DNA of 64,000 nt, from NCBI GenBank assembly GCA_951406725.2, contig OX597816.1, positions 33,542,001-33,606,000 on the forward strand, in the 5' to 3' direction. Each line of letters begins with the position of its first letter. Positions within the stretch are counted from its first letter, which is position 1. Source of the DNA: Octopus vulgaris. Taxonomy: Eukaryota. Shown piece after piece: positions 43,500-56,432 of this stretch. Below the pieces are notes generated by a model. It had not been told where the DNA came from and did not search any database. It saw only the letters and a program-made list of their open reading frames with translations. The translations under genes were made by a program, and so were the position numbers.

Positions 43500-44745
43500 T
43501 TAAACCCCCACCAACAATAATTAGTTATCACTAGCAGGTGGGTTTCCAATTTATCCGTCGACAAAGACTCTTTTGTTAAAGCCAACGTATATTATAATCG
43601 TGCGTTACCGATGACCAACTTCAAGAATATCCAACAGTATATTGGACCAGGCACACAGAAATAAAGACACAGAAAGAAAATAAAAACTATCGTTCAATCC
43701 GTCTTTTGGCATGAATGTTGCTGGTAACATAGCTCGGAAATTCTGAATACTAGTAGGTAACATTTCTTACATTCACCGAAATACCACAAAATCTTCAGCA
43801 GGAACACCGTTACAGTTAATTATATTTGCGTTCCAAATATTTGGTCCACAATACTTAATCACAACAAAGATAAACAAACCAGAAACGCCCTAGAAAACAG
43901 TGCACCTTGAGATGTCTAAACCGCTGCCCTCTAAACGACATCTGTTTTCAGAAAGAACTCGAAAACCAGGCCAAGGTCACGGACTCCAACAGTATACAAA
44001 AGGCTTATATTGGAAAGATAGGATCTCGTTCAAAGAAACGTATACGCAACACCTTCCGTCAGTCAGAGATAAAAACGGAAAAAATATGCAAATTCCCCAT
44101 CAGATATAATATGGAAACTGAAAGAAGATGGGTTATACCAAACCCCAGATAGAGTAACAAATTATTGCTAAAGCCAAAAAATACAGATATGGGGCACCAA
44201 ATATGAACTCTGCATTACCGCAAATTTAAATATTATGCACTCAAGAGCCATGTAAAACATTAGGAATGAAACCCTATCTCCCTGCATACATAGGCAATAT
44301 TTTAGAAACGAGGGTAACTACACACGAGAAGAACCCTACCAGAATAATCGTGAATAAACATAGCACACAATCTTCACACAACAAAGGAAAAATGCCACAA
44401 ACTCCACAAATAGAAGTAACAACCCATTATACACAAGTACAAAACACCGTGCCCAGAGCAAGACAATAAAATTGATACATAAAAATGAAATCTACCGAAA
44501 TGACAAATCAAAGGGAGACAAACTCAAGCAAAGGCCTTCTACCGTAACGTCCTTTGATTCTTTGTTTCATTTACGTGAATTTACGAGAAAATTCGTGTAC
44601 GAAACGAGATCGTTTGCCAAAATGGTTGCGAACACCATTCTCCATGTAATCGGGTTGAAAAATTGTTAAAAGGCTTGGGTATTCACATACACTTCTAACA
44701 TGAACGCAATGGTAGCCTTAATTTACAAATATATAATTAATTTCA
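43500..44745 (+). mobile_element. 5'-truncated, decayed Penelope-like retroelement (thumb, GIY-YIG, 3' region)
   Basis: Broken frames give VSNLSVDKDSFVKANVYYNRAL, FNPSFGMNVAGNIARKF, YHKIFSRNTVTVNYICVPN, CTLRCLNRCPLNDIC, AYIG, IWKLKE, LCIT and NIRNETLSPCIHR. This follows the PLE order WFNPP / KIFNRNT / C.C..CPL / YIG / LN.R.E....C.HR. Coding relic ~43500-44305; both ends abut (TA)n. Confidence 0.85.
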
Positions 44746-44760
44746 ATGTTTCACATTTGC

Positions 44761-45410
<650 letters not shown>

Positions 45411-45419
45411 TTTGTAGAT

Positions 45420-46000
45420 GCCATTTGATCTGTAGTGACCAATAGAAATTTTGGACAGATTTGTTCTGAATAGATGCGTCTTGCAGAGATGTTTTGGCAT
45501 TTACCTCCCACATTCTCACACGATTTAATTCTATCATACAAATATTAATTTTGTGTTTTGCTATTTTTCAGCAACGGCCGTATATATTTTGCAATACAAA
45601 ATGGGGGGTTTTAAAGTGCCGGAAAGCTTGTCACACGGAGAATCTTCTCTAAAATCCCCGTTTAAAGTCCTCGGCGGAGAGGATATGAAGTTCCAAATAA
45701 ATGTTAAAGGCAAAGACAAGTGCATAAATTTTATAGATACCTTTTGTAATTCTTGTATTTTGGACGAGTCAGATATTCCATATATAAACTAACAAATTAT
45801 TGTAATTATTCTCTTCCATAGTTTATTATCAAATTGTTTCAAGCCTCTGTCTCCTGTTGCATAGCTGTGGCCTCCTAACTCAGTTGTATTTGTTTTATAT
45901 TTTTGCAATTTGCTAGACACTGAAATGACGTAATACGTAAAAGACAAAAGTCTTATTCCTATTATGTCAGAGATCATTCGGTTCACTAGTTATGTTATTG
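45420..46000 (-). pseudogene. Probable BEL/Pao LTR-retrotransposon integrase relic
   Basis: Minus frame IYLELHILSAEDFKRGF*RRFSV and [12 protein letters not shown] resemble BEL/Pao HLELV..L....F...RRF and I.W.F motifs; upstream IIGIR resembles WI.G.R. Confidence 0.5.
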
Positions 46001-47230
46001 ATCGTTTGTTTCCTGGTAAACCGTGTTTTATTAAATATAACCATGGCAAACCACAACATCTTAGTAAACTAAATATATCAATTAATATTCAAGGATTATG
46101 TTTACTTGAATAAATCAATCCCGATTCGTTGTATCTGAATTGTAATGTACAAAGACAACATTGGTCTCTCTCTGTAAATTAGAACACTTTGATGCCAAAA
46201 TTTATTGTTTATAACTTAAATTCACTCACTAAAATCAGCAGCGTGATCCTGTCTTTGATAATGAACGTCTGAACGTCGCAAGTTAGTCATCATGAAATAC
46301 CTGAGTGGCGCCATTAATTCTGCTTTTAACTCGGGCCAAATCAATAAATATCATAATCGAAGCCTTTATTCTCAGTGTTCGTAGGCCAATAACGTTAATG
46401 ATTACATCACTCATTTCATACCTAATATGATAATTTAGGAGACGTTAACCCTTACCTTACCAGCTTGCTATCGTTTGTGATTGTATATACCTTTGCTAAA
46501 AGGTATATACAATTCTAATTGAATTAAGTAAGATATTTAGTTATAAGCAATCTAGTATATTGTCTATTATTAAATGCTCCTTTTTAAACATTTTCCAATT
46601 CTTGTGAATTTATTTTCATTTTAGACTCAATGTAAGCTATTAAAGGTAACTAACTAAAATGACGTATATACCTACCACACGTAATTCTTTTTATATATTT
46701 TGCAAAATATAGTTTTACTAATTATATATTTTTATGATATATTGTTATTAATATACTTTAAGTAATTTTTACAAACTTTTACATAAACTGTAATATCAAT
46801 TTTGAGTGATACGACTAAACTGCAGTTCTCAACTTTCAAGGTGCGTCAGTATATTTGTACTACTTCTCGGTCTTAATTTCAAAAGACCTCTGATAGTAAA
46901 GGAATATAGACTATTATTACCAGCTATTTATAATGACACTCCATACTTTTGCCACCCCAGTGCCTAAATAATATGTTACACGTTAAAACATTCGGAATCT
47001 TTTGTGGAATCAACTAGACCATATGAGAAATTTATCATATACACGACTTTCGACTGTTCCATATAGGAACTGTAGACTATATTGATTGTTGTATTTTATC
47101 GAACAAGGGAAAAAATAAGAAAAAAAAAAGATACAAAATGAGCATGGCCAAATTTGAACATAGCATGTAAAGACATGAAACTAATTCCTACCAAGGATTT
47201 AGTTTGAAGATTTCGTTATTCCAGAGCAGT

Positions 47231-47626
47231 GGAGGCGCAATGGCCCAGTGGTTAGGGCAGCGGACTCGCGGTCGGAGGATCGTGGTTTCGATTTCCAGAC
47301 CGGGCGTTGTGTGTGTTTATTGAGCGAAAACACCTAAAGCTCCACGAGGCTCCGGCAGGGGATGGTGGTGATCCCTGCTGTACTCTTTCGCCTCAACTTT
47401 CTCTCACTCCACTCTTACTTCCTGTTTCTGTTGTACCTGTATTTCAAGGGGCCGGCCTTGTCACTCTCTGTGTCATGCTGAATATCCCTGAGAACTACGT
47501 TAAGGGTGCACGTGTCTGTGGAGTGCTCAGCCACTTACACGTTAATTTCACGAGCAGGCTGTTCCGTTGATTCGGATCAACCGGAACCCTCATCGTCGTA
47601 ACCGACGGAGTGCTTCCATATCCATA
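47231..47626 (+). mobile_element. SINE family C with perfect 14-bp TSD
   Basis: Same head and tail as 36662-37050. TSD tattccagagcagt at 47217-47230 / 47627-47640. Confidence 0.92.
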
Positions 47627-48049
47627 TATTCCAGAGCAGTAACTTCTGAAACTAAAAAAAACACATTAATTGAAACATTCATCGTAATAAGCAGTGAACC
47701 ATTTTATATGAGGCGGGGCGCAGCGAGTTAATGTCATTGCATGAAGACTGCTTGGTTCCACGTTCATTGACTGATGAAAGACGTAGCGGAATTTGATTGC
47801 ATTTGGACTCAAATGTAAAGAGACGTAATTAAATAACGAAATAAACCTCGTTCGCCCGGCGCTCCTCTGATCCTATCAATCGCTATGTATGTTAATAATT
47901 CTAACTTTGACCATAAGCCAGCAGCTTTTCAGAACCTATATAACTGGTTCTAGTGTATTCAGTTTATCGCTGGTATTTATTTTATATTTCGTTTTTGTAT
48001 ATTGTTTGCAACATTCTTCACGTAGATTCGAGTGTTGAAGCAAATTATA

Positions 48050-48322
48050 TTGTCTGGGGATAGTCATATTGTCTTAATTCCTTATCTAACCAACTCACCG
48101 GTTCCATTTCCACTCATTTATTTCTTACATTTTTTCTTCCAAACTTTTCGTTGCCTTTAGCAAACTTGTCAATGGATGTTGGCTGTCCGATAAAATAACA
48201 TCCATTGACAAGGAAGGGAAGAAAATATTTTGTAAAAAAATCAATACTAAATGAGTTGAAATTTAATCGGTGAGCTTGTTAGATACGATATTAGGACAAA
48301 ATGGCTCTACCAAGACACAACA
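48050..48322. repeat. Imperfect ~130-bp inverted repeat (possible inverted PLE tail pair)
   Basis: tgtctgggg..gtcatattgtcttaat..ctcaccggttccatttccactcattta..cttgtcaatggatgtt is mirrored by aacatccattgacaag..taaatgagttgaaatttaatcggtgag..attaggacaaaatgg..ccaagaca. Confidence 0.7.
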
Positions 48323-48367
48323 GAATATATTTTATAATTATTCATAGAATTAATATGTTACTGAATC

Positions 48368-48993
48368 GGAATCTTTTCGGTTTGAACGACAGTTTTAACA
48401 TAGTTTCTAGGTAACTAAAAAATTTTAAACTGCGTATACTGGTAGAATGTGTTTATAAAACATCTTTTTCGCTTGGCTTTATTGAGAAAATTCTATAGTT
48501 TGTAAGATATTGGTCTTTAATTTCTTGTATTTCGGCAATTTCAACCAATCAGTGACGTCTATTGAGGTGAAAACATTCTGTGCCGTATGAATATGACCCT
48601 CATTGAAGAAACAGATTGGGTTTATTTACATTTGCGAAGAAAAAAAGATTCCCTTCCCCCACCTCTAACCCTAACTAGCTCTAAATCTAAAATAAATTGA
48701 AATGCAATAGATCGATTCTAGGGTCATAATTATGGGTGTCATATGAAATTGTCACCCATAATTATTACCCTAGTATCGATCTATTTCATTTCAATCTATT
48801 TTAGATTTAGGGTTAGAGTTAGGGTTGGGGGAACGGTAAATTAAAGACCAAATATCTTACAAACTATAGAATGTTCTCAATAAAACCAAGAGAAAAAGAT
48901 GTTTTATATACACATTCTACCAGTATACGAAGTTTAAAATATTTTAGTTACCTAGAAATTATGTTAAAAACTGCCGTTCAAACCGAAAAGATC
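48368..48993. mobile_element. Fold-back (inverted) dimer of the TTAGGG-containing TIR element
   Basis: Arms start ATCTTTTCGGTTTGAACG and end CGTTCAAACCGAAAAGAT; centre at ~48736-48756. Both arms are homologous to 60976-61413. Confidence 0.85.
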
Positions 48994-49476
48994 TTTGAAT
49001 TGATTTACTTTGAAGAGAGAGTGAATCTAAAGTTTAATGTAAGTGTCTTTAATCACACACACGCGCGCGCGCGCAAACACACACATACACACTAACGCAC
49101 GCATTATATGGTGGGTTATATCATATAATGTATCCTTCGATGTTAAAATTACCTGAGGGATATTTGGCTGCCATTTCCATCAAGTCAAGTGATCACGATA
49201 ATGCTGCATCATTGTTTTCTCTATCAGAGATGCTTCCTGATATAATTTTCTCACCTTACCATGACATCATCAATCTAATTACTCTCCTATGCAACAATGT
49301 ACAGACTCGGTGAAACTACATAAAATGTTTGAACTGCTAATTCTACAGAATTAAACCAACAAAAGCAACTTTAAATAGTTTCAAAATCACAACATCTTTA
49401 ATGTTATTTCCTTTATAATCATTGATCATATTTTCCATTGCATTTGTAATAGATTTCCGGCCCATTTTAGTATTGC

Positions 49477-49478
<2 letters not shown>

Positions 49479-49534
<56 letters not shown>

Positions 49535-49560
49535 TAATAATAATAATTATTATTATTATT
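49479..49560. repeat. (AAT)n switching to (ATT)n
   Basis: Directly visible. Confidence 0.95.
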
Positions 49561-50063
49561 AATTTATTGATCGTAGAATTTGTTCCAAAATGTGACCGGC
49601 ATATTTCTGTGGTATTTGTATTGGAATGTTTTATCAACTAAACCATCAAGCGACATTAAAATAATTAACTTAATGTATTTCGTGTTCTCTGCAGAAGAAA
49701 AACAGTAGAGTCGTGTGTTCGGCATTCTTTGAAACCATGTTAATTAATACACGTTAGCGACAACAAAAACACTTGCAGCTGCCTATTCTTTCGAATGAAA
49801 TTCTTTTCACTTCCCAGCCAATTAATTACGCTCATCCTGACTTCTGCTGCTGCTGTTGCTACTATTTTTGTCGTACTACTACTTGTTGTCATAGCAGTAG
49901 CAGCAGTAGTGATGGTAGTATAATACCAAGGAAGCTTGTATTTTATATACTTCTGTCGCTGTCCAACCCCCAACCCGATGTTTGTTTGTGTGTGTGTGTC
50001 TGCGCGCGAATGAGAGGAACAACGAGAAAGAGAGAGAGAGAGAGGGAGAGAGAGAGAGTAATA

Positions 50064-50296
50064 TATTTCTTTACTATCCACAAGGGGCTAAACATAGAGG
50101 GGACAAACAAGGACAGACAAGCGGATTAAGTCGATTACATCGACCCCAGTGCGAAACTGGTACTGTATTTATCGACGCCGAAAGGATGAAAGGCAAAGTC
50201 TGCCACGGCGGAATTTGAACTCAGAACGTAACGTCAGACGAAATACCGCTAAGCATTTCGCCCGGCGCGCTAACGTCTCTGCCAGCTCGCCGCCTT
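50064..50296 (-). mobile_element. SINE family B with 16-bp TSD, inserted in (GA)n
   Basis: Near-consensus copy. TSD gagagagagagtaata at 50048-50063 / 50297-50312. Confidence 0.92.
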
Positions 50297-51716
50297 GAGA
50301 GAGAGAGTAATAGACAGACAGAACGTGTGTGTGTGCGTGCGTGCATTAACGTTGTTTTTCAAGCCGTGAGTGAATTGTACATCCTTTAATATTAATCTGG
50401 CTACAAGAAAGAATAAAAGTTTAAAAAATCCTGGAAGTTATAATAACATACGGGTAGACCGGATAATTTTTCGTCGTGCAGTTTCGAGGTGACATATCTG
50501 AACGTTACGGAAATTCTTTTATAATGTAGTATTTTATTCAGAGACGGGTTGCAAAAGACATAGCAAAATACAAATTACAGTAGTAACACTCGTAAGTTAA
50601 TGAAGTGCCTTGTAGCGGTTGTTAGATGTACTAAAAACACAGCAACGAAATATCCGTCAAGCAATAACTTACTGTCTCGGAAAATACCAGGATTTACAAA
50701 AAGGCCGGAATTGCTAGGGGTGTAATGTATGTGTACATAGTTTTCATCTTTGAGTTGGCTTCCAACCGAACAACGCAATAGCCTACCCATTTAACGAGTT
50801 ATATATTTACAGCTCTATATATTCAACGTGGCTAGGCCCATACTTATCGGAAAGTCTTAATTGTAATTTCAGTGGCTTCTGCTAATAAAATTCCTATTTT
50901 CATTTGATGGGTATGCTAGACTGCAAAAGCAGATGCCTATCAAAGTTTGCTGAAAGTAATGAATGGTACAATTATTTGCCATGTCATATACAGACAGCAA
51001 CTGTTTTATTTTCACAGTTGGTGAAATAAAATGAATGACTGAAAATTGCAGTGTCACTTCCGTAGTAAGATAAACTTTTCTCCCATAACGTAAACTCGAA
51101 CTTATATTTTCTGTAACTGTAACCGTGGATCAAGTGACGTATAGTCTATGACTTAATTTCATGTTACTTTTTCTCCGAGATATTCCTTTTCTCTTTTCTA
51201 AGAAAATATTTGTATTTTCACCCTCTTTCATTATTCTTCAGATACTAATGCTATAATTTTACCTTTCTATCTTCTTTCCTGAGTTTGCCTTACTATTTTA
51301 TTTGCTTTTGTCGTGTGTGGCAAAACAACATTTTACTACGTCATTAACATTTTCTGCTCAGGTTGCATAAATGGTGGCTAATGGACGACCATTGTAATTT
51401 TCGAGAAGAAAAAGTTGAGCACGACAGACACAGAACAATACATTTCAACAGAAGAGACAAAGGTAAGAGAAATGAGGATATGAAAGGGTACATTATGAAA
51501 GTTACAATTGGAGATTTTTTTTCCCTAAAGCAAAAGATCTAATTATTTCCTTATATTAAAATGTATTGGAACAATAGACTATCATACCACGAAAAGCCAG
51601 ATAATTTGAAGATTGCTCATTCTCACTTCACTTATTAGAAGAATGGGGTTAAATAGAAAATCGTTAATAGCAGCAGTAACAATCTCTTTCTTTCTTTCTT
51701 TCTTTCTTTCTTTCCT

Positions 51717-51786
<70 letters not shown>

Positions 51787-51843
51787 TACATGCTTGCATA
51801 ATATGAATATATAAGTTTGTATTTATATACCTATCTATTGAGG

Positions 51844-51933
<90 letters not shown>

Positions 51934-52549
51934 CATACATATCTATGTATGGAGTTGAAGTTTAACACTCACGAACTAATACATAAATATTTTTGATGTT
52001 TCTATATTACCTGAACGAATGTGGACGAATAATTATGTAAAAGGACATAGGTGTAATATATGTATATAATCGATAGCATTGCACACCGTTCTAAAAATAT
52101 GAACAGAAATTAACGAAAACAAAGAAACAAAATTATCGGTGGCAGGGAACGTAATGTTTAGTGGATTTTTGTCTTGGAGAAGCTAAAATCCGGATAAATG
52201 GCAATAGATCAAAGAGAGAAGAAACGATATAAAATACAGAGAATTTAACGATAGACTATGGCTATAAAAAGTCGTAAAAACTTAGTATATCTCAGACTCA
52301 TATTTGTATTATGAGTTTTCGACGTGAAGTAATAGAATAAAATAATATTATTGCCGCCGTGGTTTGGACAGTGAGGAAAGTAATACAAACTATAATGAAA
52401 TGTGATTTCTTATACAAGAAAGAATCATAAAGTCTATTGAAAACTGGAAACCAAGCACACGTACCTATCTGAATTTACACTCACACACACAAAACTTATA
52501 TATAGTATATGTATCTCTGTGTGTTGGTATATGTGTGAGTGAGTACATA

Positions 52550-53716
52550 CGAGGGTAGAATGAAAAGATCATAGGCTGTCAATGAACGATGCAAGAGCTG
52601 TGAACTCTTACATGCATTAATTTCAACATTTCTTAATAAATGCATTCTTTCGTTCCAGGTAAACTGATATGTTACTGTGCAAAGACGACTTCAAATGTAA
52701 CGAAAACCGACTTTTCTTGAAAATGCATCGTGGTGTTATCAGGTACCTGCAAACTAATGGTTTAGCAAGCAAGAATATTGATGCTGACAAGATTGATATA
52801 TTAGTGATGACGCTCCAGACTTATCAATAGTGCAAAAATGAGCAGCTGAATTTATTCCTGAAACTGTCACAATTTAGGAAATCATTGATCGTCTTCATCA
52901 CATGGAGATGGATGGCAAGCGGTTGGCAATAAATGAAATGACCAATTCTATTAGCATATTTCTTAAGCGAGTTGAGAATATTCTGCACAATGAAATTGTC
53001 ATGATGTCTGATTAACAACGTATCAGGCTGAGTACTGTAAAGTCTGATTTTGAAGCAAAATATCTGGTTTTCGTGAACGAGTTTCATTTACTTTGAATTT
53101 GAAACAAAGAAAAAAATGCATGCAGTGCGAACACCTCACCTCACCTTCTCCAAACGAGACTAAGGTTATTTCATTTGCAGAGAAGGCAATGGCTTCAGTG
53201 TTTTGAATAGAAAGTACACTGTGTTTAGTGACCATCTTGAAAAAGGCCACATCATCAACAGAGAGTACTGTGCCACCTGGCTGAGGCAGTTACGAAAGGC
53301 TATGAAACCAATCACCCAGGAAAACTGACGCAAGTGGTCTCAATTCATCAGGACAGTGCTTCTGCACATAATGACTTGGTAGCAATGACTGATGTGCGTT
53401 ACTGTCGCTTTGAACTTGTTACACACTGTCCCTAGTCTTTTGCGTTGATCCCATCAGAATATCATCTGCTCCACTGCATGTACAAACATTTCGCTGGGAA
53501 CCAGTATCGCAGGGATGAGGTCTTCGTATCTGCTCTTGATTTTCTCGAGCAAGAGGATGAATGCTTCTTCACCCATGAGATCCAAGCAGCGCAACACTAA
53601 CGGAAGAAATGCGTTGGCCACGAGGAAGACAATATTTAAAAATAAACCTCATTTGCATTTGGCCACATTCAAAGAGACTATCTTGACAAACCTCTAAAAA
53701 TTTCAGCCGAGCCTCG
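52550..53716 (+). mobile_element. Full-length decayed mariner (Tc1/mariner) DNA transposon
   Basis: TA|CGAGGG...TGAAA left end and TTTCAGCCGAGCCTCG|TA right end (imperfect TIRs, TA TSD). Relic peptides HRGVIRYLQTNG, DDAPDLSIVQK*AAEF, HQDSASAH and FELVTHCP*SFALIPSEYHL correspond to mariner HQDNAPAH / HPPYSPDLAPSDY. Confidence 0.88.
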
Positions 53717-54365
53717 TAGATTTCATTGCTGCAATACCAGTGGGTCATTTTCCCATAATATCACATACATGGTTTGTAGTTGAACGCATCTTTATTTTCT
53801 AATTATTAAATTACTCCCTTAATTATAATAATACAATGCCGTTTAGCAGCATTCTACAACATATCGATAGTTTATTACTTAAGCATTCAGAACGTTCTTG
53901 TACACCCTTATATCTGATAGTTTAGAAACTCAGCAACATTATGGACTAAGTATGCCATAGAAAGAAGTAATTACATACAAGCAGAGAATGATGGAGTGAG
54001 GGTTATGACATCTGTAAGGTTACAACGTATAAGAAAAGTACCACGACAAACATCTTAAGAAAACAGAAATAGAAATGCAAACGGCAAGTGTGTTTCATTC
54101 CAGGAATGTGCTTTACGAAATATATCAATATTTCTTGTAACGTACGAAATTAACTACAGAAATGTGGAGAACAAATTCAAAAATCAACTGGAAAACAACA
54201 ACTACCCGTACACTTAGATGCAAGCAACCAGTATATATGTTCAGAAATTAAGGAAATCTGTATGTCAGCCCTTAAACTCAGGTGCCTGAGCTTAGATTAG
54301 AAACTGTTTACACCAAAGAGTGTCAGACCCCGAGTATAAAGAATGAAGTTTAACGGTTTAATAAA

Positions 54366-54595
54366 GGTGGCGAGCTGGCAGAATCGGTAGCACGCTGGGC
54401 GAAATGCTGAGCGGTATTTCGTCTGCCGCTACGTTCTGAGTTCAAATTCCGCCGAGGTCGACTTTGCCTTTCATCCTTTCGGGGTCGATTAAATAAGTAC
54501 CAGTTACGCACTGGGGTCGAATTATCGACTTAACTCGTTTGTCTGTCTTTGTTTGTCCTCTCTGTGTTTAGCCCCTTGTGGGTAGTAAAGAAATA
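54366..54595 (+). mobile_element. SINE family B with 11-bp TSD (central domain resembles the MetaSINE domain)
   Basis: GGTGGCGAGCTGGCAGAA...GAGTTCAAATTCC, then GAGGTCGACTTTGCCTTTCATCCTTTCGGGGTCGAT..AAGTACCAG (Meta-domain likeness from memory). TSD ggtttaataaa at 54355-54365 / 54596-54606. Confidence 0.92.
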
Positions 54596-55246
54596 GGTTT
54601 AATAAAGAGTACATCTTATGCACATACATATAAACGCACGCATGGATAGACACATATCTATATACATATATAGAGAGAGAGAGCGCGAAAGGGTGAGATA
54701 GTGAGAGAGACATTCATCGTAGAGAGATTATGAGATAGAAATAGCTAATTCTCTAAGAAAGAATATAATGTTATCAATCGCATTTCGAATCCTAAGGATG
54801 CGTATTTTACAACTTTCTCGATAGCTTTTTCCACTTCTTCTTACTGAACGTCTTTCATGTATGGGTCTTTTGATATTATGTAATCGAATTTTCCTATAGA
54901 TGTCCATCGAGCTGAGATGAGCAGGAAGCCACCTATATGGGTACTATTGGAATTCGTGTGCCTTTGGGTGGAAATCAAAGGGTTTTCCTGCAACATTGGT
55001 CACTGGATCCCTTATAATAAATAATCAGTATTCTTTAATCACAAGCACCCAAGATTGCAAGAGTAAATCAAATGAACATTTACATCTTCGGCTTAACGTA
55101 TTTGGTGTTTAGAATTGCAGAAAATGTGTCGCTTTCAATAAACATATACAACTATATTTACACATATACACAAACATACCTATGTACATGTATCCGTCTG
55201 TATATGTATGTATTAATAAGCACAAGTCAATGTGTGTATATATAAA

Positions 55247-55321
<75 letters not shown>

Positions 55322-56364
55322 AACACAAATATCTGTGTAATCTATATATTAATGCAAACCTACATAAGCACTGCTCACACACATATGTATATGTCAAAAC
55401 AACGCGCACATATATATGAATTGACGTATATGTATATATTTGAACACATAGACATATACGAGAGTATACAGTATCTATTGTTGGGGAGTCATGCTGTAAA
55501 AGAATCTTTTTCCTGAAGAAAATGAAAGTTCTTAATGGAAAGTAGCTTTCACAAATCTTTCTTACGCTGATATTGAAATGGTAGCAAGATATTTGCAGCA
55601 ACCTTTTCAACCAAGGTGCCGACCTTTAGAGTTTAGATTCATTAAAACTGGCCACATATTTCAATAGACCAAGCGGTGAATGTGTTTACATTGGCAGCTT
55701 TATTTATTCAACTTAACATATAGGAATTTCCCCTTCTATAGAGCAAAGATTTAAGCTATTGGGTTGGTAGGATGCCTTTATAACCAAGAATTCTTCCGTC
55801 TTCAAAAGAATTTCTCAATTTAACATTAACAGCACTGCTTTTAAATTGCATTGCGCAGCATATTGCTATAGCACTGCAGAGAGTTACATGTATAAGCATT
55901 AGTTGTTTTTATGAAAAATATCTATACAATAGCCATTTTCAGTGAGTGGTTACAAGAACTGTGAAGACGGAGAGGACTAAAGGGAATGATAGACTGTGTA
56001 AGATAGGAGGAGGGTAACAAACATCGAGAGAATCGCAGCTGTCTTGTGTGTTCTTGTGTCTTGGGAATTTATTAGTACATCTGCACGTAGATTTACATGT
56101 AATCATAGCTGAAAATCCATAAATGATTAATATAATATACACAGCATTCACGATTTAGTGTGTCGATTATATAGAATGTACCTGAGAGGAATTAGAATAG
56201 TTGATTACGTCTTAGGATCTAAGATATTCTTTCATAAAATCTCTATATTTTTCAAATAGAAATCCTTTTATTCATTACAAATAGTGTGTGATAACGTGTG
56301 ATATGGAGAAAGTTTTCATATATGGAGGAATCATATGCAAGAAGCGGTTCCTTATATGGCAATT

Positions 56365-56432
<68 letters not shown>

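Noticed and set aside
43890-44305. Selenocysteine recoding, which I recall being reported for some Naiad PLEs
   Set aside because: The conserved Cys positions I can read are TGC/TGT or otherwise mutated, not TGA; the stops look like decay and I recognised no SECIS.
45553-45792. Plus-strand ORF after a good splice acceptor (ttttcag, ~45565-45571)
   Set aside because: No convincing donor or recognisable protein; better explained as the antisense of the BEL/Pao integrase relic.
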